Positions 10,158 through 19,047 of a DNA stretch of 64,000 nt are shown here, in pieces. The first letter of the stretch is position 1, and each line of letters begins with the position of its first letter. The DNA comes from Spirochaetota bacterium. GTDB lineage: Bacteria; Spirochaetota; UBA4802; UBA5550. The stretch lies in NCBI GenBank assembly GCA_963663865.1, contig OY760686.1:1600001-1664000 (forward strand), given 5' to 3'. Both the position numbers and the translations under genes were made by a program. A model generated the notes under the pieces. It searched no databases. It worked only from the letters and a program-made list of their open reading frames with translations, and had not been told where the DNA came from.

Positions 10158-11924
10158 GATCTAATCTCCAACAATAGTTTAATAATTTAATTAAAAAATA
10201 ACTGTCCGCCTGAACCGTAATAAACTGAATGTTGTATTCCGACAGCCTGCCAGGCGTGATTGATGGAATTGCCTACTGAAAATAATGTGTCATAGCTTAT
10301 CCCGCCTTCTTCATATTGATTTATAAGGGCATAGAGCCACGCGTTGGCGGAATCCTCGAAGGTTGCATCTGAGCTCAAATAATACATTAGAGCATTCATA
10401 GCTATCCAACCGGCATATTGGACACCAATTCCGTCAACTGAGTAATAGGAAAGATTATTATCATCCGGACCAGAGTATCCACTGCCACCTTCACTCAGAA
10501 GGTAAAATGCCTTACTTTGAACTCCGGATTGTGCATAATAATCGGCATATTCTAATGCTATGGAATCCCAATTTTCTCCGCCGTAATATTCACAGCCCGG
10601 GTTTCCAGAATTGTTTATAATTGATGACGGATTTTTTAGATCTCTTGTCGCGATTCTGTCAATCCAGGAATCCTCTCCCACATACCAGTCAAAATGTCCC
10701 TGCAATACTGATGGGTAAACATAAGTTCCATCCGGCTGGTAGTAGTTTTCAACTACAGCAGAAAAAATATCGGAATAGGATTCATTTAAGGCAATGGACT
10801 CGGTATCATATGAATATTCCAAATGTGATGTAAAGTCTGTGATGGCATGACAGAATTCATGAGCAATAACATCTAATACTGTTCTTGATCTTCGTTGCCA
10901 TTCAATGGGAGCACTGAAATGAAAAGTCCAGAACGGTTGATTATTTGAGTAGCTTTGATAATTGATTGTTTCATATTTCGTGGTACCTGTTACGTCAATA
11001 TATAAAACAGCAACGGAAGATGCCTCTAATCCGTATCCTTCAAATGAATAGTCGTCATTAAAACTGTTTCTTCCTAAAACATCATGCGTGTACTGCATAA
11101 TTCTGTTAATATTGTAAGCAGCAGATACAGCTGATGAAGAAACTGCCGTGTCATACAATTCGCTATCTGAAAAGCTAACAGTATATCCTACTTTTTTATA
11201 ATCGTTAAATGATCTATGTATATAAGGCTCAGAATCACCATCGCTCCAATCGTTATTGTCAACTTTCTTTATAACAAACCTTTTATAAATCTGCGAAGGG
11301 CTTGTCTGGGTATTCTGAAAATGATACTCCTCAGTGCCCTCAATTATGTCATAACAGTAACCGCCAGACCCTGTTATGCCCCAATAACCCAGCAATGCTG
11401 GAAAGGTTACGGTGCTGTTATTAGTCCTTTCACCTGATAAAAGGTATCCACTGGCGTTTGTTGGTTCAGTAAAATAATCCACAGGCTCATCATTCATCTC
11501 TAATTGATGAATGATGTTGTCAATTTCAGAGGCTGTTATAGCATCTATGTATGAAAGACAGTATCTATTCTTATTTGACTCGGGAAGCGAATATGAAACT
11601 TCATAACAGAGCAAAGCGTCCTTTATTACAAGCCGAATATTGCTTTCGTCTACATCCGGTGATTCACTCTCATGAATTTTCTTAAATGATGTCAGGGCTT
11701 CAGATTCTGTTATCTCAGGTTTGACAGAGAGGCTGTCTGTTTCGAGCATTTTCCCGTGAATGAAGAACACCTCGCCTTTGGAATTTGTATGCTCTAAAAG
11801 CTCTGCTCCGATAACTTCAATACCTTCATAGTACTGCTTATATCTCCTGGTCCTGCACCCCAAAAGGTAAACCAGTTTGAAAGAGAGATGCTCTTTTGTT
11901 AAATTATCTAACAGGAGAGATGCC

Positions 11925-12227
11925 ATGGGAAAGAGAGTCAAGAATCATTCACCTGAATTTAAATTCAAGGTGGTCCTTGAAAGCTTTATCAAGGACAACG
12001 TAGCTGAGGTATCCCGTCAATACGGGATAAATGCCAACCAGTTATCTTTATGGCGGAAACATTTTATTTCACAGGGTCATCATGCTTTTCAGTCTGAATC
12101 GTCCAAGGAAGAAATGAAATACCGCAAGAAGATAGAACAACTGGAAAATATGATTGGGAAGAAAGAAGTCGAAATATCGATTTTAAAGAATTATCTGGAT
12201 TTTTACGTACCTCTCGATGGCAAATAG
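11925..12227 (+). CDS. IS3 transposase OrfA (HTH + coiled coil)
   Basis: SPEFKFKVVLE...VAEVSRQYGINANQLSLWRK HTH, with AGGAG RBS before ATG 11925. Confidence 0.9.
   Translation: MGKRVKNHSPEFKFKVVLESFIKDNVAEVSRQYGINANQLSLWRKHFISQGHHAFQSESSKEEMKYRKKIEQLENMIGKKEVEISILKNYLDFYVPLDGK
12182..12188 (+). promoter_or_regulatory. Probable -1 programmed frameshift heptamer (T TTA AAG) fusing OrfA and OrfB
   Basis: X XXY YYZ heptamer in the orfA frame. The -1 frame is open from here into orfB. Confidence 0.6.
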
Positions 12228-12289
12228 CTGAATATGCCCGGTCAGTTGTTGCCAGCGGGAGATCTGGAGTAAATCGAATCTGTCGAGTA

Positions 12290-13147
12290 ATGGGCATAAG
12301 CAAGAAGACGTACTATTACAGTATGGATTTTTGTGAAAGAATAGAAAAGCGTTATGGCCGCATAAAAGACTGGGTTAAGGAAATAATCGAAGACAACCCG
12401 GCATATGGCTATCGCCGGATCAAGAAAGCCCTGTTTGAAAAGTATGACGAAATCGTTAACCATAAGGCACTTTTGGTAATATTAAGGGCCTGGGGGCTTG
12501 AATTGAAGCGGAAAATACGTCCTTTGCGCAGGAGTTGGATTGTTAAAATTCTGGATTATCTTCAGCTTCGAGCAAATCTTGTGTGGTTTTTGAGTAAATC
12601 CGGTTTGATAAAGAACTGCTTTCAGGTAATTGTTTCAGATACTACTGAGCTTTTGTATCGTGGCGCTAAAGCATATTTATGTGTGCATCTTGATATATTT
12701 GGCAAGATGATTTACGGCTATAAGCTTTCAATGAAGCCTGATAGTCAAATGTTACTTCATTCGTTTAGAAATGCCGTTAAGACAATAACTGGGGAATTCG
12801 GCATCCAGATTAGTGGAATGATTTTTCATCAGGATCGTGGAAGCATAAATACCGGATCAGAATATGTTTCTGCAGTTTTGGGGAACGAAGCCAGATTAAG
12901 TTATTCCCGCAGAGGTGAACCTGGCGACAATGCCGTCAATGAATCATTTTTCTCAAGATTCAAGGATGAATGGCGGGATGTTTTTATTGAGGCTAAAACT
13001 TTTGGAGAACTTGAATCCATGGTGAAAAAAGCGATTGAGTATTACAACAGCAGAAGATATCATTCAACGATTGGATTAGAAGTGCCGGAAGTGTTTACGA
13101 TGAAACAATCGGAGCATCTAATAAATCAATCAAGAGTGGTTTCCTGA
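12290..13147 (+). CDS. IS3 transposase OrfB (DDE integrase core)
   Basis: YGYRRI, VSDTT, FHQDRG and DNAVNESFF (DDE triad), YYNSRRYHS. The frame stays open upstream through the orfA overlap. Confidence 0.92.
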   Translation: MGISKKTYYYSMDFCERIEKRYGRIKDWVKEIIEDNPAYGYRRIKKALFEKYDEIVNHKALLVILRAWGLELKRKIRPLRRSWIVKILDYLQLRANLVWFLSKSGLIKNCFQVIVSDTTELLYRGAKAYLCVHLDIFGKMIYGYKLSMKPDSQMLLHSFRNAVKTITGEFGIQISGMIFHQDRGSINTGSEYVSAVLGNEARLSYSRRGEPGDNAVNESFFSRFKDEWRDVFIEAKTFGELESMVKKAIEYYNSRRYHSTIGLEVPEVFTMKQSEHLINQSRVVS

Positions 13148-13456
13148 AAAGGGTGCAGGACCCCTGTGGGTTATTCCAATAGTATCTGTATCAGAAACCT
13201 TTTCAAGTGCTTCCGAGTTTGACTGTTGCATCAGTTGCGGGATGGTTTCACAGCTTAATTCGACAGTATCCATAGGATTTAGAGACAAAGCGATTCTTGA
13301 TGGAAGTTTAGTAGCCGAAGCAGTTCCTGACCTGAGGTATATCTGTGAGAGAGCTGTGTTATTCCTTGAAGATTCTTTAGGGGTCTGCATTTCACTGCCG
13401 CAGGAAGTTGTGGTTGCGGCTAACAAAAGAATAATTGAGATGAATAAAAAATGAAA

Positions 13457-13544
13457 AATCTGGAATCTGGAATCTGGAATCTGGAATCTGGAATCTGGAA
13501 TCTGGAATCTGGAATCTGGAATCTGGAATCTGGAATCTGGAATC
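13457..13544. repeat. Perfect heptanucleotide tandem repeat (AATCTGG)x12 + AATC, read as (CCAGATT)n on the coding strand
   Basis: Counted directly. It abuts the ATG at 13546, has a GGAGG RBS upstream, and encodes IPDSRFQ x4. Confidence 0.97.
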
Positions 13545-13675
13545 ATTATTGCCTCCGTAAGATTTTATGTATTATATAATTGCGCTTCGAGAGTAAGATG
13601 TCAATAAAAAACTATAAAAAGTTATATAAACCTTTGATTGAATTCTTAATCTCTCACCTGTTAAGAAAGCTTAAC

Positions 13676-13843
13676 AGCCTCTATGAGTGAATAACTACAA
13701 ATAATTGACAAAAAATCTGAAAGAATTCCGAAAAATCGATGAATACTCTTGTATCAGTTTAAAACATTGAAATGATGCTGAGATTAATAGTGTAAGTATT
13801 CAAAGACGCCCAGCTGATCACAACATTTTCATGAATCTCCGCT
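13676..13843. repeat. Direct repeat copy 1 (168 bp; first 67 bp identical to copy 2)
   Basis: Gapless alignment to 15109-15276 at offset 1433. Confidence 0.9.
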
Positions 13844-13960
13844 GAACCCAACTTCACTGTTGAATTCAGGATTGCTAAATGTGTAATCACAAAATTCCCG
13901 TTTATTTGAAAAACATGGTATTTGTAATCAGTTAAAGGATTTATCAACAACTCCTCAGGA

Positions 13961-14011
13961 GTTTAGGGGCGAATACCGACTCGCCCCTAAACCCGCTCCG
14001 CTGGTGCGGGT
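13961..14011. repeat. Tandem GC-rich hairpins (REP-like palindrome plus terminator-like stem)
   Basis: GTTTAGGGGCGA-n8-TCGCCCCTAAAC overlapping ACCCGC-n9-GCGGGT, about 30 bp downstream of lipoprotein B. Confidence 0.65.
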
Positions 14012-14040
14012 CTTTGCTTTACAAAAATTTCAGACTGCTT

Positions 14041-15096
14041 TTACTGGTAGACAATGTCTTCAATTGCTACAGTATCGCAGACTTCGCCATCACAGTCTCC
14101 TTCCAGCTCGTTCCAGCTGCCGTTTAAATAATACCCACCATAATATTCAGAATACACGCTGCTGAGAAAATTAACCGATATATAGATATCTGAATCAATG
14201 ACCAAAAGAGAGCTTATTATGGCGGTGTAATCTTTATTAGGTAGCTTATTTTCGTATGATGTCCATACTGAGTTATGCAGGAAGCCTGGGGTTCGGTCTT
14301 CAAGTTCTCCCGCAATATATACCCCGTTTTCGTTTACGGCTATTTTTCGGCCTATGATACCGAAACCAATATTGACAGATACCCATTCATTGTTTTTCCA
14401 GTAGCCGAGACTGTAACCAGTTTCCGAATTGTATAAGTACCCGCAGGCATAGATATCTCCATTGTAAACACAGGCTGAAGAAACTATCGCAAAGTCATAA
14501 TAGGAAGGACCGTCTTCAGGTAATGGCAACTTGTGAAGTACACCATTGGAATAATAAGCGGGAGATTGTACTTTGTTCGCCAAATTATTTCCGTAAATTA
14601 TGAGCTGGTCATTGTAAAGTGCTATCGCTGTAGGAGAAAATGTATAGGGGGATAATGCAGTAACATCTCTGTTAATCCAGCTATATGCCCCATTTCCACC
14701 ATCAAATATTCCATAGACATTATTGTTATCAGCAAATATGTCCACGACCATCCCTCCGTGTTCTTTTATTAGAAACCATTCCCCATTTTCCCAATAACCG
14801 GGAGTATAATCTGGATGGATTTCTCCTCCAATGTATAGATATGGTCCGTCAATTGCTGCGCAACGCGGCATTGGATGTATTTCTCCGCCTGACCCTTCCG
14901 CCAAAGTGTATTCGCCATTGTGATACCAGCCGGCATACACCTTTGAGCCGCTGGTCATGCTGCAGATGAAATACAGACCGGACAGATTTTCAGTTTCAGC
15001 TTCTTCAACTTCGCTGATTATTTTTGAATCTGAATCATCGCAGAAAAGATTTAAGAAGATCAATGTAATGACCAGAAGTTTTGATGTTATTTTCAT
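14041..15096 (-). CDS. Lipoprotein with YWxN-type blades (probable beta-propeller), paralog B
   Basis: Start MKITSK with GGAG RBS and lipobox LNLFC. Colinear with paralog A (LSGLY, YAGW, AIDGPxLYIGG, GYWKN, DCDGExC, terminal VYQ). Confidence 0.65.
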   Translation of the reverse strand: MKITSKLLVITLIFLNLFCDDSDSKIISEVEEAETENLSGLYFICSMTSGSKVYAGWYHNGEYTLAEGSGGEIHPMPRCAAIDGPYLYIGGEIHPDYTPGYWENGEWFLIKEHGGMVVDIFADNNNVYGIFDGGNGAYSWINRDVTALSPYTFSPTAIALYNDQLIIYGNNLANKVQSPAYYSNGVLHKLPLPEDGPSYYDFAIVSSACVYNGDIYACGYLYNSETGYSLGYWKNNEWVSVNIGFGIIGRKIAVNENGVYIAGELEDRTPGFLHNSVWTSYENKLPNKDYTAIISSLLVIDSDIYISVNFLSSVYSEYYGGYYLNGSWNELEGDCDGEVCDTVAIEDIVYQ

Positions 15097-15108
15097 ATTA
15101 TTCTCCAA

Positions 15109-15276
15109 AGCCTCTATGAGTGAATAACTACAAATAATTGACAAAAAATCTGAAAGAATTCCGAAAAATCGATGATTATTCTTTCATTGGTTCAAAACGA
15201 TGTAATGACGGTGAAATTAACTGAAGAAGTATTCAAAGCCGCCCAGCTGTTAACAATATCTTTGTGAATATCCGCT
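15109..15276. repeat. Direct repeat copy 2
   Basis: See 13676-13843. Lies immediately upstream of lipoprotein B. Confidence 0.9.
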
Positions 15277-15381
15277 TTACCCCCCGAAATTCCCCCCGGG
15301 TCTTTTTGTGTTGACCTCAAGATTGTTACCTGCTGTATTTTCAGTACAATCCTGAAAACAATTAATCTGGCACATCGGCAA

Positions 15382-16323
15382 ATGAAAAATAAATCTGATT
15401 ACATAAGCAGAATCAACAGAGTAGTTGATTATATCGAATGCAATATCGACAGGGAATTTACCCTTGATGAGCTTGCGGGAGTCGCATTCTTCTCCAAATA
15501 TCACTTCCACCGTATTTTCAGTTCGATAATGGGTGAAACACTCTTTGATTTTATCTTACGGGTGAGACTGGAGAAGGCGGCAAGAGCACTCCTGGACAAT
15601 CAATCTGCAAATGTCAGTGAAATTGCCTACACGTGCGGTTTTTCAAGTCAATCGTACTTCACGAGGGCCTTTAAAAAACAGTTCTTTGTGTCGCCAGTCA
15701 AATGGCGTCGTGAAAAAAGCAATGAGGTTCAATATGCAGGCAACCAGAGTAAAGCGGAAGGCAAGCCCGGGAAAGACAGCGCCGGCCATAACGTCTATGT
15801 TGAATACATGAAAAACAACATCATCTGGAGGTTTACAATGGATTTTCAACATCAGACGGTTGAGGTAAGGGACTTTGAGGAGTTGACTGTCGCCTATGTG
15901 CGGAATATCGGCCCGTACAAGGGAAACGCACAGCTTTTTAACCAGCTTTTTACAAAGCTATGCAGCTGGGCCGGAGCAAGAGGGCTTATCAATGATAAAT
16001 CCGTGTTTCTAACGGTTTATCATGATGATCCGGAGATTACGCCTGAAGCAAAGAGAAGAATCAGTGTTTCAGTTTCGGTTCCGCCTGACACTGAAGTCTC
16101 GGGTGAAATCGGCAGAATGACAATCCCCGGAGGAAGATACGCCTTCGCCAGGTTCTCGCTCAGGGAAGATGAATTTATGGACGCGTGGAACTGGGTCTAT
16201 GGTGTCTGGCTTCCGAAAAGCGGTTTTCAGCCTGACGAGCGCGCCTGTTTCGAGCTGTACACGGAAGAGCCCCGCGATGGTGTTTTCCCTGTCGAGATAT
16301 GTGTTCCGGTGGTGCCGGTGTAG
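15382..16323 (+). CDS. AraC-family regulator with C-terminal GyrI-like effector domain
   Basis: FSKYHFHRIF and IAYTCGFSSQSYFTRAFKK HTHs; GyrI-like YHDDPEIT and WLPKSGF. Confidence 0.92.
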   Translation: MKNKSDYISRINRVVDYIECNIDREFTLDELAGVAFFSKYHFHRIFSSIMGETLFDFILRVRLEKAARALLDNQSANVSEIAYTCGFSSQSYFTRAFKKQFFVSPVKWRREKSNEVQYAGNQSKAEGKPGKDSAGHNVYVEYMKNNIIWRFTMDFQHQTVEVRDFEELTVAYVRNIGPYKGNAQLFNQLFTKLCSWAGARGLINDKSVFLTVYHDDPEITPEAKRRISVSVSVPPDTEVSGEIGRMTIPGGRYAFARFSLREDEFMDAWNWVYGVWLPKSGFQPDERACFELYTEEPRDGVFPVEICVPVVPV

Positions 16324-16385
16324 GCAGCCCTTTTCCGGGCGCTGCCCGCACCACCGTCGTGAAATTTGTGATAGAATGAGCCTGC

Positions 16386-17219
16386 CTAAAGCCAGTTTAC
16401 GGACAGCTCTTTCCTTCTCGGGAAAGACGCTGTCCTGTACGCCGGGACTCCAAATCCGTACGCATAGCTCACGAGACAGTCTTCAGGAATGCCGGCTTCA
16501 GCCCTGAGCTCGGGCGATGACACAAGAGCCATGTACAGAAAGCCCGCCCAGAATCCGGCCAGGCCGTATGAGGGCATAAGAATGTCAACATGGCTTAACG
16601 CGATTATGCCGTCCGTGACCGCGGCGGGCCCCATCTGTGTATCGGACGGGACATAGGCAATAAGCGCGTGGGGCGCCCCACGCATGACAAGGTTAATGCC
16701 TTTTTCATAAAGCTTAACTGTTGCTTCATGCGGAAAGAAGTGCTTCATAGGCGTGTCGCTGTCCTTCAGTCCTTCAGCCCACTTAATGAGAATTTTCATC
16801 ATACTCTCGAGCTTCTCCGCTGAGTGAATGACTGACCAGCGGACGGGTTGACTGTTTTTACCGCTCGGGGCGAAGGATGCTGTTTCGAGAACCTTTCTTA
16901 CGGAATCCAGTTCGGCAGGGCTTTTTTTAAAGACCCTTACTGATCTTCTGTTTTTTATGTATGCGGACAGTGCCTCTCCTGAAATGTCATAGCTGGTGAA
17001 AGGCGGTCTCTCTGCCATGCCCTCCGGATAGGCTACAGCAAGGGCCTCTTCGGGGCAGTAAGACTCGCAGTGCCCGCACGAAATGCAGAGTCCCGTCTTG
17101 TCCAGCTGAGCTGATGGAAAGCCTCTGTCTCCAAAGCTGATAATTGACACCGGGCAAACAGTTGCGCAAATACCGCATTTTGTGCATTTGCCTGTGTCGA
17201 CTGTAATGTGTCCGTTCAT
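16386..17219 (-). CDS. Nitroreductase with N-terminal 2x[4Fe-4S] ferredoxin domain
   Basis: CTKCGICATVCP and CISCGHCESYCP; RRSVR and APSGKNSQP. Confidence 0.9.
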   Translation of the reverse strand: MNGHITVDTGKCTKCGICATVCPVSIISFGDRGFPSAQLDKTGLCISCGHCESYCPEEALAVAYPEGMAERPPFTSYDISGEALSAYIKNRRSVRVFKKSPAELDSVRKVLETASFAPSGKNSQPVRWSVIHSAEKLESMMKILIKWAEGLKDSDTPMKHFFPHEATVKLYEKGINLVMRGAPHALIAYVPSDTQMGPAAVTDGIIALSHVDILMPSYGLAGFWAGFLYMALVSSPELRAEAGIPEDCLVSYAYGFGVPAYRTASFPRRKELSVNWL

Positions 17220-17477
17220 TCCTTACCTCACTGTTTCTTTTAGAGTCTGAAATATTTTGTTATTCGCATGCATATCAAACCGGGATGAGCAGTCAAGCAA
17301 TAGAAAAAGAATGAGTATGGGCCTTGACAAATAGGGGCTCCGATGGAGAGAATACTCGGGTGCTAAGACGGAGATTCCAGAGGCGTAGTTGCTTTGTTTT
17401 AATCATCGCAAGGGCCGGGCCCACGCGCGATTGTCGGATTTTTCCGGCTTTGTGAAAAATAGTAAAGGAATAACATA

Positions 17478-18326
17478 ATGAAACTTATAGATCTTCACAC
17501 TCATTCAACCGCTTCCGACGGTATCTATTCGCCCCGGGACCTGGTGTCGCTCGCGCTTTCGAATGGCGTCAGCGTTCTGGCCCTCACGGACCACGACACG
17601 GTTGACGGAGTACAGGAAGCCGGGGCTGCCGCACACCGTGCGGGCATGGAATTTGTTCCAGGCATTGAATTCAGCGTTAAAAGCGACAGGGGGACGCTTC
17701 ATCTGGTCGGCCTCTTCATTGATCATGAAAACGAACCTCTCAGGGAAAAGACTCAGGAGCTGACTTCTTTGAGAATTTCCCGGGCTTCAAGAATGGTCGA
17801 CGATCTTAAAATTCATGGGGTGGATATCAACTTTAATGAAGTCCGGGAGCTTGCGGGAGATGCCTCGATCGGGAAGCCCCACATCGCGAGGATACTCGTG
17901 AAAAAAGGATACTCCGAAACCGTGAACGATGTCTTTAAAAAATACCTTGAAAAGGGAATGCCCGGTAATGTACCCAAGGAGAAAATATCCTTTGACGATG
18001 CCGTTGCTCTTATACGAGGGGCCGGAGGGCTTCCGGTGCTCGCACATCCCGCTTCACTGATGATAGAAGACAGCTTAGAATTTGAGTCCAGGCTTAAGGA
18101 TTTTGTTGAAAGAGGGCTTGCCGGTATTGAAGCCTTCGCTTACATGCATTCTGACGCTCAATGCGCGGAGTATCTGAGGCTGGCGCGCAAGTACTCGCTG
18201 GCTGTAAGCGGAGGCAGCGATTTTCACGGGGATAAGGGCGAAACCATCGGGTATGCCGGTCAGGAGAGGCCTCTTGGCCCGGAGCTGTACCGTGAGATTC
18301 TTGAGTATCGTGACAGCAGAGGTTGA
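17478..18326 (+). CDS. PHP-domain phosphoesterase (YciV/TrpH-like)
   Basis: DLHTHSTASDG, LTDHDT, LAHP and GGSDFHG. Confidence 0.9.
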   Translation: MKLIDLHTHSTASDGIYSPRDLVSLALSNGVSVLALTDHDTVDGVQEAGAAAHRAGMEFVPGIEFSVKSDRGTLHLVGLFIDHENEPLREKTQELTSLRISRASRMVDDLKIHGVDINFNEVRELAGDASIGKPHIARILVKKGYSETVNDVFKKYLEKGMPGNVPKEKISFDDAVALIRGAGGLPVLAHPASLMIEDSLEFESRLKDFVERGLAGIEAFAYMHSDAQCAEYLRLARKYSLAVSGGSDFHGDKGETIGYAGQERPLGPELYREILEYRDSRG

Positions 18327-18419
18327 TATCATCCCACGATTGATTTAAAAATACTTCCGTAAAACCTTTAAGATACCGAAAATACAAAAGGTAGTAAATT
18401 TGAGGAGATACGGAAATTT

Positions 18420-18935
18420 ATGGAAGAGATAATAAACCCCGCGTTGATGCCGCTGATAAACAACGGAATGCTTCCCTCGGTACGGCTGACCGATCTGGCA
18501 TACCTGAGGGAGTTCATTAATCGGGTCTCCAGCAGGGACTATCTGCCCGGCAGGGACGCGGACGCGCTATTTGAGCGCTATGGCGCAATGCCCGACATTC
18601 TCAGCTGGGGAGACTATTTTCAAACTGAGCTGGCCTTTTCTCTCAGGGGAGCCTCAGACAGCGAGTTTCGAAGGGCATTTGCGACTGTAAGGTTCGATAT
18701 TATTTCAAGCTGGGAGATATTCAGCGGAAAGGGCAGGGCTTTTTTCGATTTTATCGACAATGCCCGCGATGCCGTGGTGACTGATGGGCTTGAGTCGTTT
18801 GAGGGAGTTGACCGGGATGAAATTATTCACCTTGGAATTCTTAAAGATTACTATATAAATTTGGGCATACTTGACAGATTTACTGATTCAGAGCGTAAAT
18901 GGTACTCTTCATACGGGAACGCCGCTGCTATGTAG
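18420..18935 (+). CDS. Hypothetical protein
   Basis: 171-aa ORF with GAGGAG RBS, in operon orientation. No recognised motif. Confidence 0.65.
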   Translation: MEEIINPALMPLINNGMLPSVRLTDLAYLREFINRVSSRDYLPGRDADALFERYGAMPDILSWGDYFQTELAFSLRGASDSEFRRAFATVRFDIISSWEIFSGKGRAFFDFIDNARDAVVTDGLESFEGVDRDEIIHLGILKDYYINLGILDRFTDSERKWYSSYGNAAAM

Positions 18936-19047
18936 CGCCCCCCCCTCCATGATTTGATAAAGTTGTATTTTGACTGATCAAAAAATTCTTGTATAATGCA
19001 GTTTTATCTGTTAAAGTCCTGTCGATAATACTGGAGAGACAGGACTA

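Larger units (their letters stand above)
11849..13162 (+). mobile_element. IS3-family insertion sequence, 1314 bp
   Basis: Terminal IRs GGTCCTGCACCC-n8-AAACCA at both ends, 3-bp target duplication CCT (11846-11848, 13163-13165), and orfA/orfB in 0/-1 frames. Confidence 0.92.
10187..13546 (-). pseudogene. M4 (thermolysin-family) metallopeptidase lipoprotein with FTP/PepSY propeptide, interrupted by an IS3-family element
   Basis: The 5' part (13546-13163) has a lipobox TTTSC. The 3' part (11845-10187) has HEFCH and NESYSD zinc ligands. Removing the IS and one CCT copy restores the frame (IGITHR|RYKQYYEGIEV, FTP-domain motif), giving 680 aa. Confidence 0.88.

Noticed and set aside
11849-11941. 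ORF-track N-terminus of the 584-aa ORF 10187..11941 (MTLFPMAS...)
   Set aside because: These residues come from the IS left end read antisense; the true 5' half of the gene is at 13163-13546.
13457-13544. Tandem repeat as a CRISPR array
   Set aside because: 7-bp units with no spacers, and no cas genes in the window.
13565-13580. ATGTATATTAT resembling a Xer dif core
   Set aside because: The XerD arm (TTATGTTAAAT) and XerC arm do not match; likely just AT-rich promoter DNA.
13759-13950. 63-aa minus-strand ORF with a similar peptide in repeat copy 2
   Set aside because: Substitutions fall at all codon positions and other frames contain stops, so coding selection cannot be supported by eye.
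13676-15276. Repeat pair as a DGR template/variable repeat or as integron attC sites
   Set aside because: Mismatches are not adenine-specific, the repeats are outside gene 3' ends, there is no reverse transcriptase or integrase, and no clear RYYYAAC/GTTRRRY boxes.
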